This document shows positions 46,701 through 61,700 of a stretch of DNA of 64,000 nt, in pieces. Both the position numbers and the translations under genes were made by a program. The stretch's first letter is position 1, and the number at the start of each line of letters is the position of its first letter. A model generated the notes under the pieces. That model was not told the origin of the DNA. It searched no databases and worked only from the letters and a program-made list of their open reading frames with translations. Source of the DNA: Phoronis australis (Eukaryota > Animalia > Phoronida); assembly GCA_002633005.1 (NCBI GenBank), contig NMRA01000833.1, forward strand, positions 1,747-65,746, written 5' to 3'.

Positions 46701-49700
46701 AATGGCTCGTCACGAATTGCCGATTCATATGGTCTGACGGTTAAGTTAATTTACAATCGGTCTCCTTGGCGTGATGTTCAAGGTTACTATGCCTGATTAT
46801 TTATGGTAAGTAGATGTACATTAATTACTTTCAATCTGTCGTACAAGCACTTTAGATTGAGAGTATAAGAATTATGTCTCAATTCCCTACTAACATATTT
46901 TGTACCACTGAATGTTAGAGATAAATTTGGCGCCTTTCCTGGTAATGCGACCATCAACCTAAACATCCGGTTTAGACGATTGTTTTCCTTTAGTTTTGCG
47001 ACGTTGGAGTCAAACATTGGAGTCGTGAAATGGGAAAGAGGTAACCTTACTGCCTGGTTAAAGAACGTAGATGTTTGTGTCATGTTTAACTCAAAATAAG
47101 TCTGATTTTTTATAATTTGAAGTTGAATGTTACATATAGACCGAGTACAACTTGAGAACTGAGAAATCAGTAGCTGTCGTTTATACCTCCATCGGTAGTT
47201 ACATGTACATACCACATTGTTAACTGTTGTATCGTAACACTCCATGAGCTTTTGACTTCCATTTGAACTGTGAATAAAAGTCAACTCTTCTAGAAATTCA
47301 CACAAGCAAGTTTTTACAGTACAAATTATATCACAATGCATGAATACACGGATTACGTGAAGTCACGTCCTGGAATACTACAGTGGCATCCATGATTCTG
47401 TCGCCTTTAATTTGCAAGCTACGCGTTTGTAGAGCTCTTGTCCCATTGAAAACACCTTGTAATTTCGTAGCCTCACTTTTCCCCTCGGGGTTCAAGTGTT
47501 ATTATTGTCTGTGCGGGCTTAAGCCACACGGCGGATCATGCGACTTTTAAACTGGATAATGATATTCAGTATCACTTCAGTTTAAAAGCACGTGCGCAGG
47601 TAATGTTCACCACGGTGAGGTTTGAGGCTACGAAAGTACCCCGAAGTGTACCAGTTGGCACTCATTCACAACATCGAGAACACCATGGGCATTTCCGTAG
47701 CCTCATCGCACATTGTATCCCCTGGAGGTGTTTCATATTTGTGCGTGTGCGATATTCAAGGAGGTTTATTCAAGAGACTATCATCGCGGTTTCACCATAG
47801 CAGATGCCAAAAGTTGTACGTGTTAGTCATTGTCAATCCTTAATCCGCCTTGTAATGTACTGTCGATTGTTGCTTAAAGACACTATGTCTCATTACAATC
47901 GTGAATATTTAAATGTGTAGCGTGCGTCAGCTAGTGACTTCCTCAAGAACTGTGTTTACAACATACACTGTATATGTAATCAAGAAAAGAAAAAAAACAA
48001 CTAAATTGAGGTTTTGAGGATAACGCCACAACTGATAAACAAGTGTGAACACATAAACAACCCTAATAATTCCATATTAGCATGAAATCGTTATTTAATA
48101 ATGAAATGATAAAAACTACGCCTTGCTTTATTAGGGTAACGACAATGGGTATTTCCAAGGATTCCCGTGTCGTCCTGCGAAATGTGGACGAGGAGTGTGT
48201 GCAAACATGACGCCAGTTCACTGTCTTTTTGCAGCTGCAGTCGTAATCTCAGTTGCCGCCATATTCAGAATCTAATGATACTTTGCATCTTCAAGCCTGT
48301 TGTCACGTGGTAATCCCGACACATTCACTTTATATGAATTGCTTTACCAAATAAAGGACACATACATGAAACACCTCCGTGGGAAAACTTGAGGTTACGC
48401 AAGTTGTCGAAGTCGTACACAATTGCTGCAGTGCCTTCCATTATTTTTAAATATTAAAACATTGATAGTAGTTCACTGGTTCGGTACTCATTCTGGTGGC
48501 AGTGGATTTCTTGTGTTGCACAGTGATTTTCAGAGCACACGTCGACATTAAAAAGCTGTGTCAGCCACGCTTTTTACAAGGTGTAAAATAGTTATACAAA
48601 CATAGGTTTTTCTGCCTTTGCATCCGATAGTTGAATCCACCATGAACAATACAATGCACTACAACGTAACTAAACACAATGTTACAACTCTAAAAAGCCA
48701 ACAACACCAGGCAGTTCTAAAAATACAGAATAGTGACAGGGGAGCGTTGACACACTGTCATCACAGAATGCAATAGCGGCAAATGCAATGTCGAGTTCTT
48801 GGGGATGTCGTTCACAGTTGCTAACGTGTCATTAGAATCATAAACTAGAACACGGAATTTCCAATGAGCTGCTGGAGTTGATTGTGATGACGTAATTAGT
48901 GGCTGGACAGGAATGGGGGTTCATATCAAGAGGAAGGGTGATGACAAAGAAGGAGGGAATAAAAGGAGGGAAATTTTGGATGATTTGATGTGTGAACGCA
49001 CCCCAACAGCAATAAACTGTTAAAGTAAAACAACTTATAAAAGAACACAAACCGAGATCATGATGCTGTGACCAACTACACTGTCTGACTGAATAACTAT
49101 TGCATTATCCTGTATTGGTTAAGAACTAATTAATCGTCTTCCAAATATCGTATGTAGCCGATGGTTGCATGTGCTGACGAAGAAGTCTTTGATAACAGTT
49201 TCTCTAGTACATGTTGTTAATTGAGAGTTATTTCAAATACATGTAGTTCTAACATTTAGATGTGACGACGGTACCCTGCGAATCTGGAGGCCAAAGTTGC
49301 CCAGAGAATGCTGGTTGCAATATCAACTCAAAAATGTGTGTTTGCAAGGCGGGATATGTCGTGTTCCACGACGAATGCACAGGTAAGTGAATAGCGACTA
49401 AGAATGATGGTGTGAACTGTCGGTACTGAGAATGCGTAATTCTGTGCTAAAATGTGTTTCAAGGCAATCGTACACTTTAATTACCAAAGCTGTTGCAATT
49501 TAATATAGCTGCCATATTTTGTTTAACTTATTGCAGAGGTTTGGACGTTACCATGTGAGCTGGGAGGGATGAAATGTCCGGTGTCTTCAGTGTGCAATAC
49601 GACTCGGAAGCAATGCAAGTGTAAAGCTGGATATATCAGATACAATGGGACGTGTACGCGTACGTGATCCTGTTAGTGTATTCGGTTAAGAGGAATGATT

Positions 49701-52700
49701 TACTTTCTAAAGAGTGAAAAGTTGACAATAAGCGTAGACAAATCATCTGAATCCTACTGTTGCAATATTGTATTTGAATATGGTCACCACTACGGTGTGG
49801 TCAACTAAAAACAAAAGACGAGTTCCTACTTTGGAAATGGTGTCATTACAAAGTGCGGTAATTCCTCAGTTAGTATATGTAAGTGTGCGTCTTTCCATGT
49901 TATTTGAAACACAACACTTATACTTTCTGCGGTCTCAATCAATGAGACTAGGCCTAAGTGTTCCTAGTTTCCACCACTTGCAACAACATTATGTTTGGTT
50001 ATGAGGCACTGTGTCGTTTGGGAGATTCGAGTGACTGTGAATTACGCATGCAACACGAAATTAGCGCAGACCTACCGATTTTAACGTCTTTCAGATGAAT
50101 CGACGGTTCCATGTGAGACGGGTGGATTGAAATGCTCTTCATCAAAAGTATGTAACACAAAAACAAGGACATGTGACTGTAAACCCGGATATATAATACA
50201 TAAAGGCAAATGTGAAGGTAAGCCAAGCTAAAGGCAAGTAACAGCTCGAAGTAACTTGCAAGTTATAAATACGGCTGCAGAATGAATCGATGAGTACCAA
50301 TATTTACGGCTGTGCTTTACCTTTAGCATAATTAAGAGCCTGTAAATCACCCTTTAAGATCCAGTTACTCAGTAAATACCAAGGGAATCTAGTTTGTTTC
50401 AATGGAGACTGCAACCGTCGAATGTGAAACGTTGCCGGAAGCCCGAAATCGGCATGTCGGTTCTGATTTACGAATGTATTAATGGTCGAGGACGACTGGA
50501 CCAAACGTTCCCAGACAGCAAGCAAATGCATTTGTACAGATTTGTAGCAAAGCCGAGCCTTATGCCCCTCTAAATCCACACCTTGCAAGTTGTATTTTAG
50601 GTTGTATTTTGGCAAGTATGAAATAATGACATAGAAAAAGCATTGGATGCAGAACACTAAACTAGGGCCGTCCCAGATTACACCGCAATAGAACTCTCAT
50701 TTGTCATGGAGTTAAGAAAGCGCGTTGTTCTCATTGCCCGAACTAACATCACGCATCAACGGGTGTTTGTCAACTTTATTCAAGCGTCTCCCTGTCGGAG
50801 GTGCAGTCCAAAACACTACTGTAATATTTCGTTGACGTTGTAAGGACGGATAGGGTAATGCAGCTGGGAAAAAACTGCGAGGAATACAACAACAAATCTC
50901 AAGAGGAAATCCAAAGGCGCAAAAACGAGGCTACAAAAGTGCTTGGCGAAAATTGCGATACTGTGGTAAATAACGTGACATTCGATTCTCGTTGTGTAAT
51001 AAGGGACAGTCCTCTTACAATAAAGTATTTTTGAGCAAAATTGTGTCCGATTGTAGTTTCATGATGGTGTTTGTGAAAACACTTACGAGGGATATGCTTG
51101 AATGCAACCGGGACGTTCCCATGGTGCGCTTCCGGGTGCAATGCATGTCTATGTCGAAATATGTACATTATCAGTCGTGATTAATACATCAATGGATTTT
51201 TTAGACATATGGGTTGTACCATGCAGCTCTGGAGGAAGGAAGTGTCCAGTAAATGAAGTTTGCAACACCACAAGTAAAGAATGCAAGTGTAGAGTGGGTT
51301 ATCTGAAATACAAGGGCAAGTGTGAACGTAAGTGAGGTTGTAACTTGTAGGGTAGCTGTTTTGTCATACTGCGAGAAAACAGTATCTATATTGTTTTTCG
51401 CCTTTTCCAGGGTATACTTTCCATGGCCGATTCTCTGAACTATAGCTTTGAAACAAATCCTTGGGTCGGTAAATACTAATTAAAGCCAGCGGCACCAACT
51501 CAACACCGGTGCCCCGAAACTCCGAAAACCCACCGGAAATACTCCATGCCCCTTGAAATCATGCCCCGGAGAAATCAAGTTTCAGAACCTGGACTTGTTT
51601 TCCAGAGATAGTCCAGTTTGTTGCCGAACTCACTCCGACCTTCGAGGTCTGACAGTTCAGCCGCGATGGTAACTGACTCAAATAAAACCAATTTCATATA
51701 AGAAATTTGCATCCACGGTTAAGTGACCTCTTTCGGTGATTCTATCCAAATTGGTTATGAATCTTGCTTTGTTACCACAACACGTTTCTGTCACCAGGGA
51801 AATGAAACAATCAGTCGGAAAAAACACATTGAATGCCTTGGTCACATATAGGTCAACGACCGGCTGATACCATCCCGATATTTCAACACGATGTTGATTA
51901 TGATCTGTATTATCAGGAAGAGATAACCAGGAAGGGACAACTAGCTAAACCGCCGTTTTCGGCCTCCTTCCCCGGTCTAATTTCAGGACTTAAGTTTCGT
52001 TTAAAAGGAAACAGATGATTTTATCAGAGAGATTAAAGCTTTTTCTATACAAGGATATCAAAAAAATCACTTTGCAACCTTAAACAGTGGTGTAATTGTA
52101 CTTTAAAAATATCGACTTCAGAGCACTCAATCGCAACTTCCCACACGCAGTCACGGGTATTTAAGCTTTTCCGTCGATGTATAGATGGCGCAGTAGTCAA
52201 GTACTCCCTCATTTGCATATCAAATTTGCATGTGGGAGTTCTGAGACTCTCGTCAGTTGTTGGTCGAGCGCTTGAGTGGATAAAGCGGTGACCTCCCACT
52301 GAGAGCACGCGCTGATGAAGATACCACTCGATCGCTTCGCAATCAGGAGGTGAAAACACTCTCATGACCGCAGTTCTGAATTCCAGCTAAGCAAGCCCTA
52401 TTTCGAGGAGCGGACTTTGAATTGTTTTCGTCCCCTGACAGTGGATTGCAGAGATTAGAATGAGGTCAACATCAAACTTTCTGCGGCTACATGTCGTGTT
52501 GACAAAAGTTTGAAGTGTCAGAACCATAGACGGAGCGTGCGGGATGTCATGATTCCTGTTCTTCAGTTGACGAAAACATTGCTATTGGCATAAAGAATGG
52601 CCGTGGGAAATTAATTTTGAGGTGGACACCTGTATCCAAGAATAAATATTAATACTCTGTAATATCTCATCCTCCGCGTTTCGTTTCTTTTGACGCTGTT

Positions 52701-55700
52701 TGAGGTTGCGGTATCGTGAAACAACACTGTCGGGTGAGAGAAGTTGCACCGAATAATTGGAATTGGCTGCAGTTCTTCCTTTAGAATGCCCGGACTCAAC
52801 TGTGTCGTTTTCTTGGCAAGTCTCTTGCCTGCCGAAATTTTTCTGAGCATTGAAGACATCGGCCTTCTCTTGCGCCAATCAACCTTTTATCTGCTCAGGC
52901 TACAAAAATGTTATGCCTAATTTTCTACCATTTTAGCACACTTTGTGGTTCTGCTACAGTTAGCACTGCCATAATCGTATTTCTTAATTCCGCCACAGTA
53001 TGCATACTTGGAAGTTAGTTTTGCTAGGTGTTGTTCATCATTAAATGCCTCAAATTCCTTGACGCCATGGACATTTCCGTCAACACAAAACGCACCCTTG
53101 CCATTCTTAAAAATTCGTATATATGTGCTATAATTGCTTCAAAGGACCGGCAGTAACCGTGGCTGGAATGTCGGTAGCTTCGCGACTAAGTATACAACTA
53201 ACTCCTGTTGAAATTCCCCATACTTCAAAATTCTTGTTTGCAGGTGCTGGTAATTGTCTTCAATGGTTTTATAATAAGAGACTAGAAATGCGAGTTGTCA
53301 CTGCTTTACATTTTCACTGGCCACCTTGCTACATTCGACTTGCGCAATAGCCGAATTAGTGTCCACATTTGTGGTCACGTGCCGGATACAGGCCCATGAG
53401 ACAAGTTGCAGCAACAAATTCAGTACGAATCTATAAACCCTTTTACACGCACAATTAAAGGTGAAAGCTTCCTTTTTTCATGTCACTTTTAGTACAAATA
53501 AGGTTCGTTGATTATCCCAGACACATTTTTCACTTAATTGCAACTTTTCGTAATTTGATTAATTTCTCGTCATCTACTCCGGAAGTGACGTTTGGGGAGG
53601 CAAGAGTTTCGCGCCAATTTCTTTTCATTATAGTCTGACTGTGAGAGCTGTCGAGTGAGTCATTGTTCTACCTCGGTTGTGATCAGTTCGGTCGTCGTTT
53701 GCTTTTGTTTACAAGTCAGTCAACATGCCACGTCTCACACGCGCTTTGGGTACCTTGCGTCGCTTTCCGAAGGATGACACACTTCGCGTACTTGGCTAGC
53801 TCGTTCATGAGAAGAACGCAGAGTTACCCGTCCACGCAACGTACAAAGCAGTGGAGGGTTACCGAGTGTGTGGCAAGCATTGTCTGCCGTCAGATTATGA
53901 CAGATATGCACGCTGAATTGATGAAGGTCCCTGCAAAACAACGCCTTAAGAAGGGTACCATACCGTCGCTGTCGATTCCCGGCAGTGCCCCGTCGCCAAC
54001 CCCGAGAAGTGCGTTTTTGAAGCGAGAAGCCTTGGGAGCTGTGGCCACTATATACACTGACTGGAGGCACTTCATCTGCTGTCACCCGTGCCTCCGAACG
54101 TACCCCATTGCGTGCAATTTCGGAAACTAGCAGTGATTCGCCCTGTGCTGTTGTCTCTGAGCCCAGAGCCTGTAAGCAGTCCTGCAGCGATGTTGAGTAG
54201 TGGGAGTGAATACAGGCCCAGTTCGACACCCAGTGAAGAGGACAGTTCGTCATCCAATGAACAGATCGGTGAGCCTAAGTTTGATAAGTTTATTGTGGAC
54301 TTGTATTGGAGCTATTTGGAAGGTGCCAGGTGTGTGGCGAGGGAGTCACACGGCGGGATGCAAGCAACTTGGGTGCTCAGATCACTCTTCAGTGGGAGTG
54401 TGTCGCGGGACACTCAGGCAAGTGGGACAGTTCTTACTCTGTACGTGAGACAATAATGAGTACACCCCAGTACGCAGCAACAGCGTGGCATGTTGACTGA
54501 CTCCTAAGCAAAAGCAAACGACGACCGAACTTATCACAACCGAGGTAGAACAATGACTGACTCGACTGCTCTCAGTCAGACTATATGAAAAGAAATTGGC
54601 GCGAAATTCTTGCCTCCCAAAACGTCACTTCCGGAGTAGACAACGAGTAATCAATTAAATTACGAAAAGCAGTAAATAAGTGAAAAATATGTCTGGGATA
54701 ATCAACGAACCTTATTTTTGCTAAAAATGACATGAAAAAGGTTGCCTTCGCCTTTAAACGCGCAAAACTGATACTGTATTTCTTAAACCTTTAATTTAAT
54801 GCTCAAGCTATACAACGAATGCGTGTTGAAACACAACATTGACCTTGGACCAACGATGGACTCCTTGCATCAGGACCTTAGTAAGCGGGGAGAGGGCGAG
54901 TGCCACCCCAAAAAAATTGCATGCCTCAGGGTCAAACCATGGCAACTGACAAAGGTGTGGGGCTGGGGAAAGACAAAAAAGAAAGACTTCGAATACTGAT
55001 CAGAGCGAAAATTCAAGAGAACATTGACAACTCGGTTTCAGTGTATGGCTTACCATTTGAGGGCCCTGGCCAGGACAATTGTTGGGTCTCCGTTTTTGCA
55101 GCATAGGTCGTCTAAGTGCCCTTGAAAATGTGCACTTAATCATTCATACATGTATTTCGAAAATTCGAGAAAATTTGTAAAGCAAAAGTTTTTCGGAGCG
55201 TATTAATTCAGTCCAAGTTTTCCAGTGGTCCATAGGCGGTGCACTACAGGGGGGCTGAGGGGGCTTTAGCCCTCACTTTTTTCAGTACTGCGCCTTCTGT
55301 AAACCTCCGGCATGACACTACCAACTACTCATGAGGGGAAGTTGAGATTCCAAATTCATCAAAAACACAAAACATTCGTGCACAGCACAGAAGCTGTCTT
55401 GTAAGAAATGGCGATGCGTCACTGAACTTAGTTGAAGCCTGAAGGCAAAAATTCGATCCATCATCTGACCACCATATCGCAAAGAAGGACCCTAAACGAT
55501 AACAGGGGTATTTCTTGAATGTGGGGCAGCTCTAAATGCTTTATTGAATTAAAAACTAGACTAATGAAATTCAAAAATTTACAAACCGTAGATCAAAAAA
55601 GAAGTTCAAGTCATTGCTCATAAATTTGGAAAGATTGTCTTTGCACTTCCTTGATGCTTGTAGTTCCCAGTATTGTGCAATGAATTTAGGTTCTTCTAGA

Positions 55701-58700
55701 CCGAATCGTTTGCTTGCCATTCCCGTGCACACTGCAAAGGCTGGACACGTTGTGACTCAGTGGCGCACCCACGTTAAAAATAAGGTGTAGTCATGCAGTA
55801 GAATCCGCGCACAGTGATTGACGGGAAAAGAACTTGAACTGCACTGAGGGGTTGAAGTGTGTGCATTTTTTGGGACACGCGTTCATTTTCCCAGCCGCCC
55901 TGCAGAAGCTGGACCAGTGGCCGTGTTTCAACAAGGAATTTTGATACAGCTCTATAGGCCAAGGATTTCGGGATCATATCTTTCCAAAAAATCTTCAGGA
56001 AATGACCGTATTAAAATGAACTTTTCCCGAAACTGGGTCAAAAAACGACCTTGGAGCCAGAACACGGGTATAGGTTCGAGTTAAGCCGCACGTCTCGAAT
56101 GAATCATAGCGGAACTGACCAGCGACTAGCATTAGTTCGTCGAATTGCGCATGAATCATAGCAGAGCTGACCAGCGACTAGCATTTAGTTCGTCGAATTG
56201 CGCATGAATCATAGCAGAGCTGACCAGCGACTAGCATTAGTTCGTCGAATTGCGCATGCATGGATCAGACTTCCCGGCGACGCCACGACACCGGCCACCG
56301 TGGCGGGAGCAGCTAATTTCTTGACTAACACCTGCTTCTAAATCTGGATTTAAGCAAAATGACGAAGTCCACGCATACACACATGCAAACGTATCCAAAT
56401 ACAATTAAATGTATTTTCATGTGAAACCATTCAATGTTCTTTGAACATTGACTTGTATGAGTTCTTAATTTTCTTAGATCTGCCCAATCAGATAGAACTG
56501 CGTTTCAAGTCATTCACTATAGGCACTCGAGGGTTCAAATTGGAAGCTCGCGCCGTATGACGTCGTATGACGTAGACGATGCGAGCCTCATTTGCATACA
56601 TCAGTGACATCTGTTGGTTCAAAAAAGAGGATCATGCCCGAGTACATGCCTGGGAAGAGGCATCTTTTGGAAGGGTAAAACAAGTCATGTTCAAAGCATC
56701 CCAGTGCCATTAACATGAAGTCTTTGGGGACAAAAGTGGTGTCATTTTATAGCTAAAGAGTTAAGCTTTCAAACACAATGCTTGGATTTCAGACTACTTT
56801 AACATTTACTTTTGAAATCACCTTTGAAAATACGTTAAAATGCACTAAAACAGTTGTCCCTTCCTGGTTATCTCTTCCTGGTATTATGCAGAAGCCTCAA
56901 AACCAGACCAGAATTGCATACCTTGTTATTGTTCTTGACTGCGGTATTAATACACTCTTTATGCACCGAAATAAACCATTGTGGTACGTACATCCATACC
57001 AAACAAAAATGCGCTCATACGCTTCTTGCGTGAAGATGGCCCGACATCAAAACAATGCAATGACCCAGACTCTCACTAGAACAAATATTCGGCCGGTGTG
57101 TTACAAATATTTCCTATGTTGTTGTTATCAAATACCTTTGTATGAGACTTGTTGGAAATTCACGTTTTCAAGCAAATAATTAACATTTTGGGTCAATGTT
57201 TCTACTGATTCGTAGTGCGAACACTGTTTTTATCTCAAAAGTTGTCATGGAAGTAGGTTAGGTAATGAGTTCTCTAAACTTTGACAAACAGTCGCTCCAA
57301 AAATAGCGTCAAATCTGCTCATATCAACGATATTTACGATTTAGTAACTCACTTCTCACCAACCGTCCTGCTCGACAGCATCGCGTTCTATACATTAACA
57401 ATCTAGACGATTCGTGCGTACTGACCCAAGGGCCAAGCGACAACCTTGATTAATTCAATCCGTCAATTGCCCTTTTAGAGTTCCTCAAACAACACACAAC
57501 ACTTCTAGCCCACTAGCCAAAGTTCGACTCGCGTTCATCAACATCACGCGTGAATAGGAATGCCTTCGCCTTTGTCTGGGTCTGATTTCAGCCTCGTCTT
57601 GAGCTTCGTTTACTGAGATTTCGCTAAACGCAGGGATGCGTTATGATACCATTACTTGTTTTACGAATACTATTTGAAGCGCCCGGCTTTTCCAATATCT
57701 TAATTCACAAGTGTCTGCTCGTGTTTCAGCCGAGTCAATGGTTCCGTGCGAGTCGGGTGGATTGAAATGCCCTTCACTTAAGGTGTGCAATTCTAAAGCC
57801 AGGACATGCGACTGTATATCGGGTTACGTGATTTACAATGGCACATGTAAAGGTAAGCCAAGGCAGTCAATGCTTAGCATGGACACAGGTGTAAATATCT
57901 TGGTTACATTCAATTAAATGTGAAAACAAAATGTACAGATGCATCATAAATCCGTCTGAACTAGGTATCGGCACATTTAAACTCGGAAGACACTGTACCC
58001 GTGAAGACCGTGTGCAAACTCGGTGCTTCTGTGAAAGAAAGGCCCTACGTCCGATGGTGTGGGGCAAGCAATTTTTGCGTTTCTATTTTCAGCTTTTTTA
58101 GGTGTTTATTATGAAATATTCAGTTTAATAAGTATACATGCCCAGAAAGTACCAAGAAGCATTGTATCTGGGTTGAATAAACGCAAAGAAATCTTTATAC
58201 AATTAAACAAATATATTAATTAAAAAAACTATTGTTAAGATTACAATTACAAACAATTACGAATATAAATAAACCATTGTCATACACAATAACTTATTTT
58301 ACATGTATACAGTCTTATCGACTCACACGAAGAAATTTAATATTAAAACGAAATTTTGATACAACATGTATTTCGAATAAAACCTTATTTTCATTAAGGT
58401 CGAGTTCTGTACAGCCATTTAGAAAAAATGTAATATATTTCAGGAAGATCTGAATATTTTTTGTAAACATTGGGGTATTGTTTGAGTGTCTGGAAAAACT
58501 TTACCCTCTGCACCGCCCATACCGCACAAGCAAAGAAAACATGAGCAATTGTCTGAGTGTCTCCATAGGAACGCAGATGTGAAATATCATTAAAATTATG
58601 TCTAAATTTGTCGTTGTATAGCAATAGTCTTGTTCTGGCTCACTAATTTCATGTTCTTACCGGGAATTTCCGGAGATAAGACCACCCGATGAAACGCCCA

Positions 58701-61700
58701 TGGGCGTTTATTTGGTGATACAACTTCTGGTGTCAGGTGTCCACATAGTGAGGCGTTTCTCCTGCAAATTTCTTCATAAAAACCCTCTCAGAGGCAGTCA
58801 ACTTTTAGTAACAAATTCAGTTTGTAGAGCATTTATTATATCTTAAAACGAACAAAGTGTTCCCGGACTATGCTTCTTGGACTATGCATTTCTTAACATA
58901 GAATTTAAAAACAGTTTTAAGTAAAACATGTCAAAAACAGGAAACCCATTAATGAATACTATAAATTTTCGTTTACACGCCCCTGTTTTTAGAATAAACG
59001 TCCAGGAGTTTATTTAGTGTTACTAAATCGCCTAGAATTTTTCATTTTCCTACTACACGCCAATGGGCTTATCTACGGAAAATCTTGGTATTCGTTGCAG
59101 ACTGGCGCGTGCATTGTTATTTTCCCCTCAAGACTTTGAGCGGGTAACATTGTCAAATTGGAAATGACACCACCGTCGACTTCCTTGCGGGCCTTTTTCT
59201 ACTGCAGAACAATATAAGCCAGTGATTCACGTATCTTAATACATGTAACAATGCCAAGATATGGTGTTTTTTGTTTTGTAGCTGTGGTTAAAGTTGATTA
59301 GATTACGGATTCCATCCAACTCAACAATAATCCAAGACTTTTAAACATTCTGATTTCTGTTAAAGGTGAACCGTTTTTACTGGGTCACCTCATTAAAAAC
59401 GTTTCTCACAACATCCAATATTTGTCATAAGAACTGTCCAACTCTAAGTTTTAATTTTAAAACAAATCATTTAAGTATACAACATCCAAACCTTTTGCAC
59501 AAAAATCGGATGTGGGCGGCAGTGTTACCCGCTTTCTACTGCTACAGTACATGTGTTGTTCTTAATGTTGACCTTACGTGTGCAAGATCTGTGTCAAATT
59601 CAGCGTCGTGTTCATGAATGACGAAGAGCTTGGTTTAAACTAGTGCCCAAAACGTTTTCTTACAAATCAGCAAGTCTTCTAAACGGATGAGAACGTCCGC
59701 AATAGGTCATCCATCAGTTTTCACAAAACATGATGTACTTCGCAGATATATGGATTGTTCCGTGTGAGTTTGGAGGAAGAAATTGTCCAGTAAACGGAGT
59801 TTGTAACACCACAAGGAAAGAATGCCGATGCTTGGAGGGTTATGTGAAATACAAAGGAAACTGTGAACGTAAGTGAGAGACAATTCTACCGCCAGGTATC
59901 GACCGCTTATTCGGACACGATGAAATAGTCGCCTTGTTACTAGATGGCAATAGCTCACTTGCGAGTTTCTCGCTAGTCATTGTGACGTCACCGGAAAGGG
60001 GGCAAAACCCGCCATATTGCTCTTGTTTTGCCCCGAGTCTTTGCTACACACGCTAAAACTTACTGGAGTTCTTATGGTGAATTTTACGCTTAAAACGTTA
60101 AAACGACTTAAGATATGGTAGATGGGTCGTGGAATAACTGTGAATAGACGAACAAAATGTGACCTTGTTATGTTGTGCGAAGCTGTGAACGGACTGAAAT
60201 TGGAACTTAACCCGCTCTAGGCCTGAATGGCGCAGGCATACAGGGGCGATAGTGTATCCCCATAAAAAGATATTCACTTCAAAATACAGCAAATAAAATC
60301 AAATGAAACATGCATATGTGCACAAGAAGTTATAATTAACACATACCCTGACTCTGGACACAATTTAGTCTACAAATAACTTGAGCATATTCATGAAAAC
60401 CTCGCGGTCCTCTCGAGTTTCTCTCACTAAAGAGCCGCCATTTTGAGGAAGTTACGTGAAATCACACCTGTTGACGAACTAAAAGTCCAAGGGACACAAA
60501 TCTCACTTAATATTTTCTCATGCTATTTTGCAAGAGTCACGCGCCAGGTCACGCGCCAGATCTCGCGCTTCGCTCAGTCTCGCGCTAGCCTTTGCCTCAT
60601 ACTCACCTGACTCAGTTGAAATACTTGATTGTGGTAATCGCGCACGCGGACAAAGTTAACAGTAACCACAAAGTGGAGTTGGAATTCTTCGCCTAAGTCA
60701 CCTGAATTCCCGTATATATGCTTCATCTAAGATATGTTTAGAAGCAGAAAGAGTCACTGAAGAAAGTAAGAGCCTTTTAGGTGCTAACTTTAGGTGTAGA
60801 ATGTATTTTCGACGAGGTGAAAACTTTATCAGTGAGCGGATTTCGCCTACCGCCCGTTTAAAATACACGGGACGAAATTAGTACAGAACGCGATAGAACG
60901 TATTGTAGTGCGAATCTGAAGTTCATTTGCCATAACAGCAATGCTTTTGGACATTTTTCGAACTAAACGGCTAAAAACTCGAAGACAATAACAGAATACA
61001 CTCTGCTACCGTATTGGGCAAATGACCAAACGACAAGCTTTTGCCCCACTTCCCGTGACGTCACAATTAAGTCTCACATAATCTCGCGTTATTGTTATAA
61101 ACTCGCAAAAGGCCTATTGGGTAGTTTATGAACTACGTTGTGCATACTTCTATAAATTTAATGCATGGGGTATTTTTCACGTCCTCAACACGCTATTAAA
61201 GAATGTTTCCTAATGTGCTCTCGCCTTGCACAGTTAGTTGAACTGGCTCCATGTAAATTCAGATTCGTTCCCCAAACTCCAGTCCATGGCAATGCCAATC
61301 TAACGTCCATGTGAGCCCCCTCTTATATGCGCAGCAAAAGAATCTCATACCCGTTGTCAAATCTCATACTGCCGGAATAAACTGCAGTTCCGCACATTAA
61401 TTCCCGCACCTTGCTTTCTAGGGATGTTTGAAGCCTGACAGTCCAGACACGACGTTAACGAAAAAATAGTTTCGGCTTCCACAGTGCATGGATAATAAAC
61501 CTCGTTAGTACTATTTGACCAAAAATTGGTTCCGTTTCCCGCTTTCATTGGCTGCTTTAGTGAACAATTAGTTGTTGCCATCAGAGATAAAAAGCATTAG
61601 GGAGCAAAAGCATGTTGTATACCTTGGTTACATGTCGGTCAATGTTCAGCCCATACCGCCCGTTCAGTTTCATCCCGATCCATATAGTGATACCTGTAGG

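Noticed and set aside
55230-55780. Possible hAT/ZMYM1-like relic after a GGGGGGCTGAGGGGGCT terminus
   Set aside because: Only faint motifs (DNRG.F, AIPVH) and no matching right end or 8-bp TSD could be fixed.
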